Counted from the stretch's first letter, positions 1 through 10,329 are shown. The stretch: 64,000 nucleotides of DNA from Candidatus Latescibacterota bacterium (GCA_965242865.1 CBDETK010000013.1:2368001-2432000), one strand, 5' to 3'. The notes: generated from the sequence alone by a model not told the origin. Numbers and translations: made by a program.

Positions 1-2144
1 CACGTGTCCTGCGCCGCCAAGAGGTCGCGCACCACCGGCTGGACCGACGCCCCGACAAACGGGGTTGGCTCGCGCCGGGCGTCGGGAATGGTGTCCTTGG
101 CCCGCTTGAGCAGATCAAAGAGCCGCAAACGCCCCAAGCCGGCGTAGTCTCGCTCAAGGGTGAACATCGCGTAGTTGGTTTGATTGAACGCAGCGGTCGC
201 CGGCGCTTGCTCGTCCGTGCGCCCAATGGTCAGCCGCACCTCGGGCGCGAGATGGATGCCGCCGAAGACGTTGTAGCCCCGTCGGTCTGGCTTGTACGGG
301 TAATCGGGGAGATCGTCGTCTTCAAAGCGGTCGATATAGTGGTTGTTGTTCAAGTCAATGCCAAAGAGGAACTCTGGGCGATCGACGTGGTAGCGCAAAA
401 ACGGCTCGTCGTAGTCTGGGACGATATTGGCCGCGGTGGCGTTGTCGTTTTGGTTGAAGTCCGAGATGAAGTCGTTGTTTTGGTCCCAGCCGGGAAAGAT
501 GGCGCGGTCGTTGGTCGAGCCAAAGCGAATCCAGTCGGGGAAGCGGTCTTGGTCGTCGTTGTCATCGACGAACTCGTACCAGTGCCGCTGGGTATTGTCG
601 TATTGCACGTCGCCCGTGGCGCTGACCAAGAAGGCCGTCGTCGAATAGGCCGCGTCCATGGCATAGGCTTCGCCGTACAAGAAGTAAGGGAACGCATTGC
701 GCCAGACATTGAGGAACCAAGCGTCGGCCCCCTCCGCGGAGATCGCGTGTCTTTCGCCTTCGTTGAACAGCGCGGCATTGGGAAACTGGAAGTACCGCTG
801 GTTGCGGTCCCACTCCCCGTAGAAGTCAAAGCCGAAAACCCCGGTGCCCTTTAGGGTGAAGCCGCCGACTAGGTTGGCCGTGGGCAGCCCGTAGGAAAAC
901 TCAATTCGCTGCAAGTTCGTGATGTCCGCGACATTGCCCTCGGCCCGCCGCACCGCAATCAACGCGGGTTGCGCCGCGTCGATCCCCTCGGCGGTCAGGG
1001 GCGCGGGCGGGATGGCCCGCACGCCCGTCTGGCGGTCGGACCACATCTCGACCTTGAAGTCATTGGCCAGCACGTAGTTGAAATCCACCCCGACGATCGT
1101 CGTCGGGTCTGGGCCGATGTACGCCGGGTCGTTGAAGTCGTAGTTGACGATGATGCGCTCCGGGCCGTCCGCCGCTAAAAAGCCCGGCCGCCGGAACCCG
1201 CCGAAAAGGATCGGCCACTGCGACCCGGGTCGGACCACCTCCTGCAAGGTTGCCACCGTCTCGCGGCCAGTGTCGAAGTCGCGGCTGGTGATTCGCACAT
1301 CGTGGCTGAACAGGGCTGCTCCCCCTTCGTTGTCGTCGGGCGAATCGTCGCTCAAAATCACTGCAATCGCCGTCAGCGGGGCCGTGCTCTGCCCCGCAGT
1401 CAGGCTGCCCGCGACCCAGTCGCCGTTGAACATGTCGAGCAGCGTATTGCCGTTGCTGGCGTCGATCACTTGGGCGCCCAGCTCCACGAAATCCCCGAGC
1501 TGAAAGGTCGCCCGGCCGCCGAACAACGAGGTGATGTTGGTGTGGGTCACCGGCTCGGTAATCCCGCCCGAAAGCTGGGTGGAGCCGCGGATCGGCTCGC
1601 TGATGCGCGAGGCGAGAATCGTCGCTTGGTACTTGTCCGCGGCAAAATCTACTTGCACTCCGTTGAAGTCCGGCTTGGAAAAGGTCATCGGCGTCAGGGT
1701 CGTGCGAATCCGGTCGCCGACCGTAATCGCGTAGTGGTACTGCCCCTGCGAGTCGCCGCTGATGGTCACCGCGTTGAACCAGCGGTTGAAGCGCGTACTC
1801 TGAAAAATTCCACTGCCCAACGGCTGCGGCTGAAATTGCCGCCAGTCGTAGATCAGCCAACCGCGGGTGGTGAAATTGCCGTACACGTCGTAGAAGTAGT
1901 CGCCCTCGCGGGTGGTGTTGACGTAGCGCTCATACGGGGTGCGGGCGTAGTTGGAGTATTCCCACGGCCGCCAGCCGTAGTCGAAGAAGAGTTCCTGCGG
2001 CACGTACCACTTCTTGACGGCCGGATCGAGCGCACCAAAGAGCACGCCCGGGCCGGTCGGCTCAAACCGGACCGGACCGCCGCGCTGGCCCCAAGCCGGC
2101 AGGCCGGCGATCAGCACCAGCCCTATAGCGAACCATTTTCCCAT
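1..2144 (-). CDS. Large exported hypothetical protein, runs off the window start
   Basis: ATG at 2144, 6 nt after the upstream stop. Reads MGKWFAIGLVLIAGLPAWGQRGGP...KKWYVPQELFFDYGWRPWEYSNYAR; signal-peptide-like N-terminus, aromatic-rich. Absent from the ORF track, consistent with a stop outside the window. Confidence 0.8.
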   Translation of the reverse strand, partial: MGKWFAIGLVLIAGLPAWGQRGGPVRFEPTGPGVLFGALDPAVKKWYVPQELFFDYGWRPWEYSNYARTPYERYVNTTREGDYFYDVYGNFTTRGWLIYDWRQFQPQPLGSGIFQSTRFNRWFNAVTISGDSQGQYHYAITVGDRIRTTLTPMTFSKPDFNGVQVDFAADKYQATILASRISEPIRGSTQLSGGITEPVTHTNITSLFGGRATFQLGDFVELGAQVIDASNGNTLLDMFNGDWVAGSLTAGQSTAPLTAIAVILSDDSPDDNEGGAALFSHDVRITSRDFDTGRETVATLQEVVRPGSQWPILFGGFRRPGFLAADGPERIIVNYDFNDPAYIGPDPTTIVGVDFNYVLANDFKVEMWSDRQTGVRAIPPAPLTAEGIDAAQPALIAVRRAEGNVADITNLQRIEFSYGLPTANLVGGFTLKGTGVFGFDFYGEWDRNQRYFQFPNAALFNEGERHAISAEGADAWFLNVWRNAFPYFLYGEAYAMDAAYSTTAFLVSATGDVQYDNTQRHWYEFVDDNDDQDRFPDWIRFGSTNDRAIFPGWDQNNDFISDFNQNDNATAANIVPDYDEPFLRYHVDRPEFLFGIDLNNNHYIDRFEDDDLPDYPYKPDRRGYNVFGGIHLAPEVRLTIGRTDEQAPATAAFNQTNYAMFTLERDYAGLGRLRLFDLLKRAKDTIPDARREPTPFVGASVQPVVRDLLAAQDT

Positions 2145-2149
2145 GGCGT

Positions 2150-4414
2150 TCAATACGCCACGCCCACGCTCGCGACCGCTTGGGCGCGGCCCGTCTTGGC
2201 CTCTAGCGCAACCCTGAACACGTAGTGGCCCGGCCGCACCAACTCGCCCGCGTCCGAGCGTCCATCCCAAGGCCGGGCAAAACGCCCACTCTCCTCCAGC
2301 GCGTCGTGCAGGGTTCGCACCGGCCGGCCGGCCAAGTCGAAAATCGCCACCCGCAGCCGCGTGGGGCGGCCCACATTGGTCAGATCGTATTGCAGCTCGG
2401 CCCGGTCGTGGACGCCGTCGCCATTGGGCGTAAAGACCGGCGGCTGGGCGCGCACATTGATCAGCAGCTCGCCCGAGATGGGCACTTGCACGGACAGGTT
2501 GCCCTCAAACGGCGTGCCGAGCGCCTGCGCGTCGAGGTCGCCCTCGCCCAAATCGGCCGCATTGCCCGGCACCACGCGCTGCCCCAACGAGCCGGCCGAT
2601 GCAGTGTTGAACACGTGGCCGCTAAACGTGGTGCCAAAGCGCAGGACCGCGCTGGCAAAATGCACGCGCAATTCCGTGCCGTCCGCGCCCACGGTCGGGA
2701 ACTCGAGGACCAAGGCATCGTCGGCCACCTCTGCGATCGCAAAGGCGCCGCGCACCACCGGCAACTCCTCGAGCCGTGCGCCGCTGAAATCGGCCGCCAA
2801 CACCTCGCCCTCGGGCGGCCGGAGCTGCACCGCGCCGACTCGTTCCACCCGGAGCGGCGTGGCGATCCGCAGGCGATTAAACCCCCGATCTCGCCCGGGG
2901 CGGAACTTGCTCCGCACCGCGTAGGTAAACTCCGTTTCCTCGCCCAAGGCCGCACGGCGGGGGCCGATCTCAGCGATCAATTCCTCGGCCAGCGGCGAGG
3001 GCAGCGCGTCAAAGGAAAGGCCCCCGACGCCCGTGGCCGCCTCAAAGTCGTCGCTGGCGAACTCGATCATAAACTGAAAGTAGCGCCGCGGACCGGGCGA
3101 GACGATCGGCCCACCCGCGCCCTCCGCGCCCAAAGCTGTCGGGAGGACGATGCTGCTGGGGGGATAGGGCGGCGACCACGCGCTCCAGTCGCTCACGTCG
3201 TTGCGAATGGTCGCCCGCACGCCGCGCGGGAGCTTTTTGTAATCGGCCTCGCTCAGCGTCACCTGCGCCCGCTCGGCCGGCGACAGCGCGTTAAAGACCT
3301 GCATGGCGTCGCGCAAATCCACTTCCTCGTTGTCGAGGACCGCCTCGACCAGTGCTTGCAGCCGCTCATCTTCAATGTCTTGGGCGAATTTCCACGGCAC
3401 CCCAACCTCGTTCCTGCTCAGGCCGCTGCTGATTCCAGCGCCGCTGCTGACCCCGGCTCCATCGGCCTGCAACCCCACATTGCCCCCGCCGACGCGGAAG
3501 ATCGACTCCCCGGGCCGCACCTTGTTGAATTCCACTGGCTCGGGGTCTGTGCCCGTGCGCGTCCGCACCGCAATCCGCGATAGCTGGGGATCGCCGACCT
3601 GCTCCTGCACCCAGCGCAGCTGGCCCAACAGCGCCAGATCGCCAAAGTCGAAGATGTTGGAGATATAGACGGCCTCGGGCACAAAGCCCGTGCCGAAGAC
3701 TTGGAACTCGGCGAGATCAAACCCCAGCGCCGTCAGGGACTTGAGCCGCACAAAGCGCACGTATTGCGGCCGGATGCGCCGATCGACGACCGCCGCTTCG
3801 TTCTGGCCTTCGAGCACCACGCTCGTGCGGATGGGCACTCCCTCGCGCTGGGTATCGGGCGTACCGTCGTTGATGAAAATTTCAAAGCTGCGCATGAAGT
3901 CGTTTTGGAAGGGGAAATTCGGGGCGGGGAATTCGGGCGCGGCATTGCGCGGAAAAAAGCGGAAGCGATTGACGCCAAAGCGCGCCCCCAAGTCGAGGTC
4001 GATGATCAGCCCCAACACTTGGGCGCTTTTGGCGCCGGCGCTCAAGCGCAGGTCGAGCCCGCTTTGGCCGTCGTCGTCGATGAGCTTGGCCAACTCGCCG
4101 CGGACGTTGAGATTGTTGGGCGACGTGATCGAGCCGCCGCGCGCTTCGGTGTTGGCGCCGAGGGCGATGTTGAGCGTGGTATCGGCGCGTTGGGGAAAAA
4201 TCCAGTTGGCAAAATTGGCGGGTTCAAAGTCGATGACGCCGCCGGGCGCGTTGGTGCTTTCAACGCTTTGAGCGCTGCGAATGACCTTGGCTTGGATCGC
4301 GCCGCCCCCACCGCGCCAGCCCAGCCCATCCGCCCCGACGACGATGGGGTCGGCCGCAGCGGGCAGGCTGCTAAAGACAGCGATGAGGCCGGTGCAAAGG
4401 AGGGGATAGCGCAT
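2150..4414 (-). CDS. Secreted protein with discoidin-like segment and C-terminal FlgD Ig-like domain
   Basis: Signal peptide; 'PQYVRFVRLKSL..LAEFQVFG' (F5/8-like); C-terminus 'VFTPNGDG..IFDLAGRPVRTL..WDGRSDAGELVRPGHYV'. Confidence 0.8.
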   Translation of the reverse strand: MRYPLLCTGLIAVFSSLPAAADPIVVGADGLGWRGGGGAIQAKVIRSAQSVESTNAPGGVIDFEPANFANWIFPQRADTTLNIALGANTEARGGSITSPNNLNVRGELAKLIDDDGQSGLDLRLSAGAKSAQVLGLIIDLDLGARFGVNRFRFFPRNAAPEFPAPNFPFQNDFMRSFEIFINDGTPDTQREGVPIRTSVVLEGQNEAAVVDRRIRPQYVRFVRLKSLTALGFDLAEFQVFGTGFVPEAVYISNIFDFGDLALLGQLRWVQEQVGDPQLSRIAVRTRTGTDPEPVEFNKVRPGESIFRVGGGNVGLQADGAGVSSGAGISSGLSRNEVGVPWKFAQDIEDERLQALVEAVLDNEEVDLRDAMQVFNALSPAERAQVTLSEADYKKLPRGVRATIRNDVSDWSAWSPPYPPSSIVLPTALGAEGAGGPIVSPGPRRYFQFMIEFASDDFEAATGVGGLSFDALPSPLAEELIAEIGPRRAALGEETEFTYAVRSKFRPGRDRGFNRLRIATPLRVERVGAVQLRPPEGEVLAADFSGARLEELPVVRGAFAIAEVADDALVLEFPTVGADGTELRVHFASAVLRFGTTFSGHVFNTASAGSLGQRVVPGNAADLGEGDLDAQALGTPFEGNLSVQVPISGELLINVRAQPPVFTPNGDGVHDRAELQYDLTNVGRPTRLRVAIFDLAGRPVRTLHDALEESGRFARPWDGRSDAGELVRPGHYVFRVALEAKTGRAQAVASVGVAY

Positions 4415-4484
4415 GGGTGTTTGTTACGCTTTTCCGCCGAGCTTGTCAAGAATTCGCCGTGGCGGACGGGAAATTGCCCAAAAC

Positions 4485-4540
4485 CGTCATTGCCGCAGTA
4501 GAACGTCACCCCGTGCTCCGACACGGGGCGGGAATCCAGC
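4485..4540. repeat. Nested REP-like palindrome, copy 1 (copy 2 at 23329-23381)
   Basis: AGAACGTCACCCCGTG-N8-ACGGGGCGGGAATCCAGC shared by both copies. Confidence 0.75.
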
Positions 4541-4645
4541 AAAGGACCAAGCCGATATGGGGGTCGCCGGTGAACGGTTTAACTCAATCACCGTAGGTAC
4601 ACGACCCCTGCGTTAAGTCCGCCTTTTCTGCGGCTTCTGCTGAAT

Positions 4646-4697
4646 CCGGGATCGAGGGCGTCCCGCCCTCGACGAGGGCAAGATGCCCTCGATCCTT
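4646..4697. repeat. 52-bp REP-like palindromic element, copy 1
   Basis: Reverse complement of 12379-12430 with one mismatch; internal GAGGGC/GCCCTC stems. Confidence 0.85.
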
Positions 4698-4843
4698 CGG
4701 AGAGACGGGCTGTCGTGTACTTAACTCAACCACAAAGCGAGGCTTTTCTGCGGTTTTTGATTTTAGTGTTTTTGTCGGTGGGGGGTGCTCGTCGGGCAAG
4801 GACGATGAGATTGGGGCAATTGTGCAGAAGCGCGTCGCGTCGG

Positions 4844-5125
4844 TTAGGGCAAGCTCAACAGAATAAGCGTCCCCAGCGCGAGCAGGCTGGTGATCTGGAT
4901 GCCGACGAGCCAACAGAATTGCTTGTCGATCTTTTGCCGCAGTTCGCGCCCTTGTGCGTCGATTTCTTGCCGCAGTTCGCGCCCTTGATCGGCAATGGCT
5001 TGCTCAATGCGGTCCAAGCGGGCGTTGTTCTGGCGGCCTTGCTCAACGAATTGCTCGGCCATGCCTTCTAATCGCCCAATGCGGCGGTCGTGGTCTTGTG
5101 CTTGGGTTAGGGGTAATTCGGTCAT
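4844..5125 (-). CDS. Small coiled-coil protein with C-terminal TM helix (DUF1640-like)
   Basis: RBS-like GAAAGGAAAG; 11-aa repeat QGRELRQEIDA/QGRELRQKIDK (33-bp duplication); tail WLVGIQITSLLALGTLILL. Confidence 0.7.
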   Translation of the reverse strand: MTELPLTQAQDHDRRIGRLEGMAEQFVEQGRQNNARLDRIEQAIADQGRELRQEIDAQGRELRQKIDKQFCWLVGIQITSLLALGTLILLSLP

Positions 5126-5225
5126 GGGACTTTCCTTTCGTGTTAAGGTCGTTTTTTGACGTTACAGGAATAATGCTACAATGTCAATCAGTAGAAACAC
5201 AAGCAATATTGACACGCCGATTGAT

Positions 5226-6743
5226 ATGCTACCAAAATCCTTGTTTGTCGCCGCACTCTTCTTCAGCACCGCCTTGGATGCCCAGACGCCCGCGGCCGAT
5301 ACCACCATCGCCGGCCAAACCCTGCCCCTGCTCCCCATTGAGACCCTAATCGCCCAACTGCAACGTCCAGCCAATGCCATCGTTTATCGGCAGGTCGCCT
5401 TTGGCGGACGCCTGTTCGCGCCCACCTCGGGGCTGGACACCTTGCGGGTCCCTCTCCGCTTTGAGGACGTGCATTTTCTCGACGAAGTATCCTTTAGCCA
5501 CGTTGCGTTTCTCGCCCCGGTGCGCTTTGAACGCACCCATTTTGCCGGGGGCCTTTCCTTTGCCCAAGCGCGGTTTACCGACGCCTTTGCCCTCCGCGCC
5601 AGTCATCTAGCCAAGCACGCGACCTTCCAAAAAACCCATTTCCTCGGCGCGGCCGACCTGTCGGCGAGCCGCTTCGCGGGCACGGCCTCCTTTGTCGGTG
5701 CCCACTTTGCCGGCCAGCACGCCCACTTTGCCCAGACCCAATTCGACCACGCCGCCTATTTCGAGCAGGCCACCTTTGCCGCGCCCGCCACCTTCACCGA
5801 CGCAGCTTTCGCCGCAATCGCCGCCTTCAAGAAGACGGTTTGGGCACGGCCTCTGTCCTTTGCTGGGGTCCGCTTTGCCGACCAAGTGCTGTTTTGGGAC
5901 GCGCACTTTGCCGAAGAGGTGTCCTTTGACCGCGGACGGGCCGACGGGGCGATCTCCTTTGACCGGGCGCGGTTTGGGGGCCGAGCTTCCTTTGCCGACT
6001 TCACGTTTGCGCGGGCGGCGCGCTTTCGCGGTGCGACCTTTGGCCAAGCCCAGTTCGATGGAGCGTACTTCCGCGAGGCCGCCGACTTCAGCGAGAGCGA
6101 GGGCCGCGTCCTCCGCCTCGACGCCTTCTTCCACCGCTCCCTCGACCTGAGCCGCGCCGCCTTTGCCCGGATCGACCTGCGGTCGGCCGGCGCGGATTCG
6201 ACCTTTGCCTCCACCTGCCGCTTCTACTTGCACCAGCCGCGCTTTGGCCGCATCCAAGTGCGCTGGTCTCAGCTAGCCGGCCATCTCGCCGCGCCCGACT
6301 CAACCCACGCCGCCGCCCTCGACCCAACCTACGCCGCGCTGTGCCACCAATTCCGCGCCCAAGGCTTGGGCGGCGCCGCCGCGGCCTGCCGCGCCGAGCG
6401 CATGGACCACCAGCGCCTTGGCCGCGCCTATACCGATCCGGTGCGCTGGGGCCTAGTGCTGTGGCGGCTGAGTGCGGGGTACGGCACGGCCCCCGGGCGA
6501 ATGCTCGCCTCCATGCTCGCGGTTATCCTCCTCTTCGGCTTGGCGTACCGCGCCGCTGCGAGCGGCCCGAGCCGCCCCACCCTCGCCGACTGCATGGTCT
6601 TCAGCCTCTGCACCTTCCTCCACGTCAACTCCTCAGCTTGGGACGCGCCGGGCAAGCTCAAAATCCTCGCGGTCGTCGAGGCCCTACTCGGCTGGGTCGC
6701 CTTTGGCCTGCTGATCGCCACAGCTTGGGCCTACCTGCTGTGA
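5226..6743 (+). CDS. Pentapeptide-repeat protein with C-terminal two-TM potassium-channel-like domain
   Basis: Many 'F..A.F' repeats; C-terminal 'GYG..P.R', TM, 'FSLCTF', 'VEALLGW'; signal peptide from ATG 5226. Confidence 0.8.
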   Translation: MLPKSLFVAALFFSTALDAQTPAADTTIAGQTLPLLPIETLIAQLQRPANAIVYRQVAFGGRLFAPTSGLDTLRVPLRFEDVHFLDEVSFSHVAFLAPVRFERTHFAGGLSFAQARFTDAFALRASHLAKHATFQKTHFLGAADLSASRFAGTASFVGAHFAGQHAHFAQTQFDHAAYFEQATFAAPATFTDAAFAAIAAFKKTVWARPLSFAGVRFADQVLFWDAHFAEEVSFDRGRADGAISFDRARFGGRASFADFTFARAARFRGATFGQAQFDGAYFREAADFSESEGRVLRLDAFFHRSLDLSRAAFARIDLRSAGADSTFASTCRFYLHQPRFGRIQVRWSQLAGHLAAPDSTHAAALDPTYAALCHQFRAQGLGGAAAACRAERMDHQRLGRAYTDPVRWGLVLWRLSAGYGTAPGRMLASMLAVILLFGLAYRAAASGPSRPTLADCMVFSLCTFLHVNSSAWDAPGKLKILAVVEALLGWVAFGLLIATAWAYLL

Positions 6744-6871
6744 CGCACCCACTTCCCCCAGTCGAGTTGTAGTAGCCGGGGATAATCGTCTTTGTGCCGC
6801 CGAGCGAGAAAGGAGTATATTCTAGCGTATCGAGTACGGTGCGAAACGAAGTGATTCAAAGAAGGCATTAA

Positions 6872-7120
6872 ATGGACAAAACTTTCTTTTATTTGGAGAC
6901 CCTGTCGAGAGAGACTGAAAAATCCGAGTCCGAAGTAATGACCCTAGCGTTTCAGAAGGGGGTCCAACAAATGTGGCGGGAACGAGTTCTAGGACGCTAC
7001 CTGCGACGGGAAATCACCCGCGACGTAGCGATAGAAGGGGTGGGCGTGGATTGGGTGGAACTGGCCGAGCGTCAGCACCAAGCTATGATGGAGGATCTCG
7101 AGTGGGCCATGGGCGGGTAG
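6872..7120 (+). CDS. Putative antitoxin partner of the PIN protein
   Basis: 82 aa, overlaps the start of the downstream PIN gene; 'LGRYLRREITRDVA' helical DNA-binding-like segment. Confidence 0.65.
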   Translation: MDKTFFYLETLSRETEKSESEVMTLAFQKGVQQMWRERVLGRYLRREITRDVAIEGVGVDWVELAERQHQAMMEDLEWAMGG

Positions 7121-7602
7121 AACGCGCCGTGGCTGATGCAGGTCCCCTCATTCACCTACACGAGGTGGGACAAACCGATCTACTGAATGTATTCGATGTA
7201 CTCTGCATACCCGGTGCTGTGTGGGCAGAGAGTGTCGATAAAATCAATATTTCCCCATTGCACTTCAATAACGGACGACGTCATATCCTTGCTGCTGACG
7301 ACGTCAATCATTTCGTCCAAGCGCATTCACTGAGCAATTTGCACGCCGGCGAGCGGGAAAGCCTCTGCCTGTGCAACCAACTGGATATTCCCCTTCTATT
7401 GACTGATGATCTGGCCGTTAGGGAGGCAGCCAAGCGGTTATGCGTACGGCCTGTGGGCTCATTGGGCATAGTCGTTAGAGGATATAAACAAGGAGTTCTA
7501 CCCTACTCCGAGGCCGAGAAAATTCTCATAGCACTTTATGAGGAAAGCAGTTTGTTCGTTACACAAACCATAGTAGAAATCGCCATTGAGCAGTTGGCCT
7601 GA
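7102..7602 (+). CDS. PIN-domain toxin (DUF3368-like)
   Basis: 'AVADAGPLIHL', 'LHAGERESL', 'LLLTDDLAVR..A', 'GSLGIV'; GTG start behind GGAGGA. Confidence 0.8.
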   Translation: MGHGRVERAVADAGPLIHLHEVGQTDLLNVFDVLCIPGAVWAESVDKINISPLHFNNGRRHILAADDVNHFVQAHSLSNLHAGERESLCLCNQLDIPLLLTDDLAVREAAKRLCVRPVGSLGIVVRGYKQGVLPYSEAEKILIALYEESSLFVTQTIVEIAIEQLA

Positions 7603-7718
7603 ACTGGCGACCGAGGAGAACGCCCTCAAGGGATACTATGCCGACAGCCGGGGAGGATCGCCGGGCCGTGCTTCCACGACCACGGCGTCCTCTTGGCGGA
7701 CGGGCTCGTGCGCCCTTC

Positions 7719-7910
7719 TTATTGCGGGCGGTCTGCCACCAGCACCCCGCCGCTGGCCCAGTGCTCGCGCTCGCATTCTTCGAGCACGACCGTCGTTCCC
7801 TCGCGGGGCGCGTCGCAGGTATCTACGATGGCTTGGGTTAGGGCTTCAACTAAGGCCCGCTTCTGCTCGGCGGATCGCCCCGCGAGCATCTTCACGTTGA
7901 TAAATGGCAT
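7719..7910 (-). CDS. 4-oxalocrotonate tautomerase family protein
   Basis: 63 aa, MPFINVKMLAGRSAEQKRALV..EHWASGG; catalytic Pro1 after Met removal. Confidence 0.9.
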   Translation of the reverse strand: MPFINVKMLAGRSAEQKRALVEALTQAIVDTCDAPREGTTVVLEECEREHWASGGVLVADRPQ

Positions 7911-8048
7911 CGTCCATTCTCCGGTTTCGGTTTGGTGGTTGGTAGAAATGTTTCTCCGTCTGGGAAAGTACGAGTACGGGGCTTGTGCTCCTAATCGTTT
8001 TCCTGTATTGTGGACACTTCCTCTCAACAGGATCGAGTTAGAGGAAAG

Positions 8049-8330
8049 ATGAGTCCCAGAGTTATTAGAGAAGGCAGTCTCATTTTTTGGTTTCACAGTT
8101 TTGACGCACTCCATGAAAATCGGGCCAGTGTTCATGTGGGAAAGGGGATGCAAAATGACCGCAATGATGCCAAGGTCTGGATCGAACCTACTATCCAAGT
8201 CGCACGTTCTGGCCGTGTACTGAGGCCGCATGAACTAAACCGAGCACTGAAAATCATTGAGCAGAATCAGGCGTATTTATTGGAGGCATGGTATGAATAC
8301 AGAGGTAAAACAAACCGAAGAACGGATTAA
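8049..8330 (+). CDS. DUF4160 family protein (putative toxin)
   Basis: 'MSPRVIREG..FWFHS..ASVHV..AKVW..LLEAWYEY'; paired with DUF2442 gene. Confidence 0.8.
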   Translation: MSPRVIREGSLIFWFHSFDALHENRASVHVGKGMQNDRNDAKVWIEPTIQVARSGRVLRPHELNRALKIIEQNQAYLLEAWYEYRGKTNRRTD

Positions 8331-8619
8331 AGTGGAAAGATATGAGATCCCATATCCGGTTTCTGCATATACCTTTCCCCGAGAAGCCTCTATTCACCAC
8401 GTGCATTTTGACGATGTGCATATTCACATCGAATTAACGGATGGGCGCATCCTCTCCGTGCCCTTGCAATGGATTCCGACCCTCTATCACGCATCACCCG
8501 ATGAACGCGAAAAATACGAGATTGATCCAAGCCGCATGACGCTTTTATGGGACGCCGATAAGTGCGATATTAACGACGAACTCCATATCGCGGACTATCT
8601 CGGGTCTGGTCGTGCGTAA
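8293..8619 (+). CDS. DUF2442 family protein (putative antitoxin)
   Basis: 'IELTDGRILSVPLQWIPTLYHASPDER..YEI..W..DELHI'. Confidence 0.85.
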   Translation: MNTEVKQTEERIKVERYEIPYPVSAYTFPREASIHHVHFDDVHIHIELTDGRILSVPLQWIPTLYHASPDEREKYEIDPSRMTLLWDADKCDINDELHIADYLGSGRA

Positions 8620-8678
8620 GAATTTCAAATACTTGAGGAACTAGCCCGGCCCCAAACCCTCGACGTCATTGAGTTCGT

Positions 8679-10304
8679 CTGATTAAGTACTGCAAGATAT
8701 GGGGCCTCGCCAGCGCGCTCTGCGCTTGCGCCCCTCCAGACCCCCCAGCACCGCCAGTGCATTTCGCCGACGTGGGGGACGCCGCGGGCCTCGACTTTGT
8801 CCACTTCAACGGCTTTTCCGGCCAATACTACTACGTCGAAACCTTTGGCGCCGGCACCGCCTTCCTCGACTACGATGGCGATGGCCGCCTCGACCTCTAC
8901 CTCGCCAATGGCACGTACCTGACCGGTCCGCGCCCGGCTCAGCCGCCAGTCAACCGGCTCTACCGCAACGCGGGCGCGGGCACCTTCGCTGATGTCACCG
9001 CCCACAGCGGCAGTGCCGACCCCGGCTACGGCTTTGGCGTCGCGGCCGCCGACTACGACGCCGATGGCGACCCGGACCTCTTCGTCGCCAACTACGGCCC
9101 CAACGCTCTCTACCGCAACGACCAAGGCACCTTTGCCAAAGCAGCGGTCGGCGTGGGCGATCCGCGCTGGGGCGCCAGCGCCGCCTTCCTCGACTACGAC
9201 CGCGACGGCGATCTCGACCTCTTCGTCGCCAACTACGTGCGCTACGCCCTCAACGACGCCACCGTCTGCCAACAAGGTCCCGTGCGCGCGTACTGCCAGC
9301 CTAGCGCGTACGACCCCACCGGCGACCTCCTCTACCGCAACGACGACGGCGTCTTTGCCGACGTCACCGAGGCGACCGGCATTGCCCTCAAGGGCAAGGG
9401 ACTGGGCGTCGCGCTAGCCGATTACGACCGCGATGGCGACACCGACATCTACGTGGCCAACGACGGCACCATGAACTTCCTCTACGCCAATCAGCACGGC
9501 ACCTTTGCCGAGGTCGGCTTGACTGCCGGCACGCGCTACAACGAGCACGGGCATGCCGACGCCGGCATGGGCGTCGATTTTGGCGACTACGACCGCGATG
9601 GCGATGCCGACCTTTTCGTCACCAACTTCGCCTTTGAGACCAACGCCCTCTACCGCAACGACGGCCAAGGCCAATTCGCCGTCGCCACCCAACGCTTAGG
9701 GCTGGCCGATCCCTCGTACCGCCCCCTCGGCTTTGGCACCAAGTTTTTCGACTACGACCACGACGGCGACCTCGACCTCTTCGCGGCCAACGGGCACGTC
9801 ATCGACCGCATTGCGGAAGTGGATTCGAGCCAGACCTATCGACAACCCAACCAGCTATTCCGCAACGACGCCGGCCGCCGCTTTGTCGATGTCTCGGCTG
9901 CCTTAGGGCCGGATTTCCAACGGGCCAACGCCGGCCGAGCCACGGCGGTCGCCGACTACGACGACGATGGCGACCTCGACCTCCTCGTGACCACCGTAGC
10001 GGCCCGGCCGCGGCTGCTGCGCAACGACGGCGGCAACACCCGCCACTATTTGCAAATTTTACTGGTGGGCAAGCAGCACCCCGACGCCCTCGGGGCGCGG
10101 GTGGAGGTTGTGGCCGGCGGGCGGCGTCAAGTGCAGGAGCGCCAATCGGGCGGCAGCTATCTGGCCAGCCACGACCCGCGCCTACACTTCGGCTTGGGCG
10201 CGGCCACGAGCGCCCAAGTGGAAATCCACTGGCCAGACGGAACCCATCAGACCCTCACCGAGGTCGCCGCCAACCAATTGCTCAGAGTAGTACAACCGCG
10301 TTGA
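8679..10304 (+). CDS. CRTAC1/ASPIC-UnbV family FG-GAP repeat lipoprotein
   Basis: Repeated DYDxDGDxDL motifs; C-terminal 'GGSYLASHDPRLHFGLG..IHWPDG'; lipobox-like LCAC lies in frame upstream of the annotated GTG 8757 (true start uncertain). Confidence 0.9.
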   Translation: MIKYCKIWGLASALCACAPPDPPAPPVHFADVGDAAGLDFVHFNGFSGQYYYVETFGAGTAFLDYDGDGRLDLYLANGTYLTGPRPAQPPVNRLYRNAGAGTFADVTAHSGSADPGYGFGVAAADYDADGDPDLFVANYGPNALYRNDQGTFAKAAVGVGDPRWGASAAFLDYDRDGDLDLFVANYVRYALNDATVCQQGPVRAYCQPSAYDPTGDLLYRNDDGVFADVTEATGIALKGKGLGVALADYDRDGDTDIYVANDGTMNFLYANQHGTFAEVGLTAGTRYNEHGHADAGMGVDFGDYDRDGDADLFVTNFAFETNALYRNDGQGQFAVATQRLGLADPSYRPLGFGTKFFDYDHDGDLDLFAANGHVIDRIAEVDSSQTYRQPNQLFRNDAGRRFVDVSAALGPDFQRANAGRATAVADYDDDGDLDLLVTTVAARPRLLRNDGGNTRHYLQILLVGKQHPDALGARVEVVAGGRRQVQERQSGGSYLASHDPRLHFGLGAATSAQVEIHWPDGTHQTLTEVAANQLLRVVQPR

Positions 10305-10329
10305 TTTAATCTCAGAAAGGTCAATAGCG

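Noticed and set aside
180-3583. Long plus-strand ORFs (180-854, 1302-2225, 2225-3583) and similar ones such as 51522-53024
   Set aside because: Antisense shadows of well-supported minus-strand genes in GC-rich DNA.
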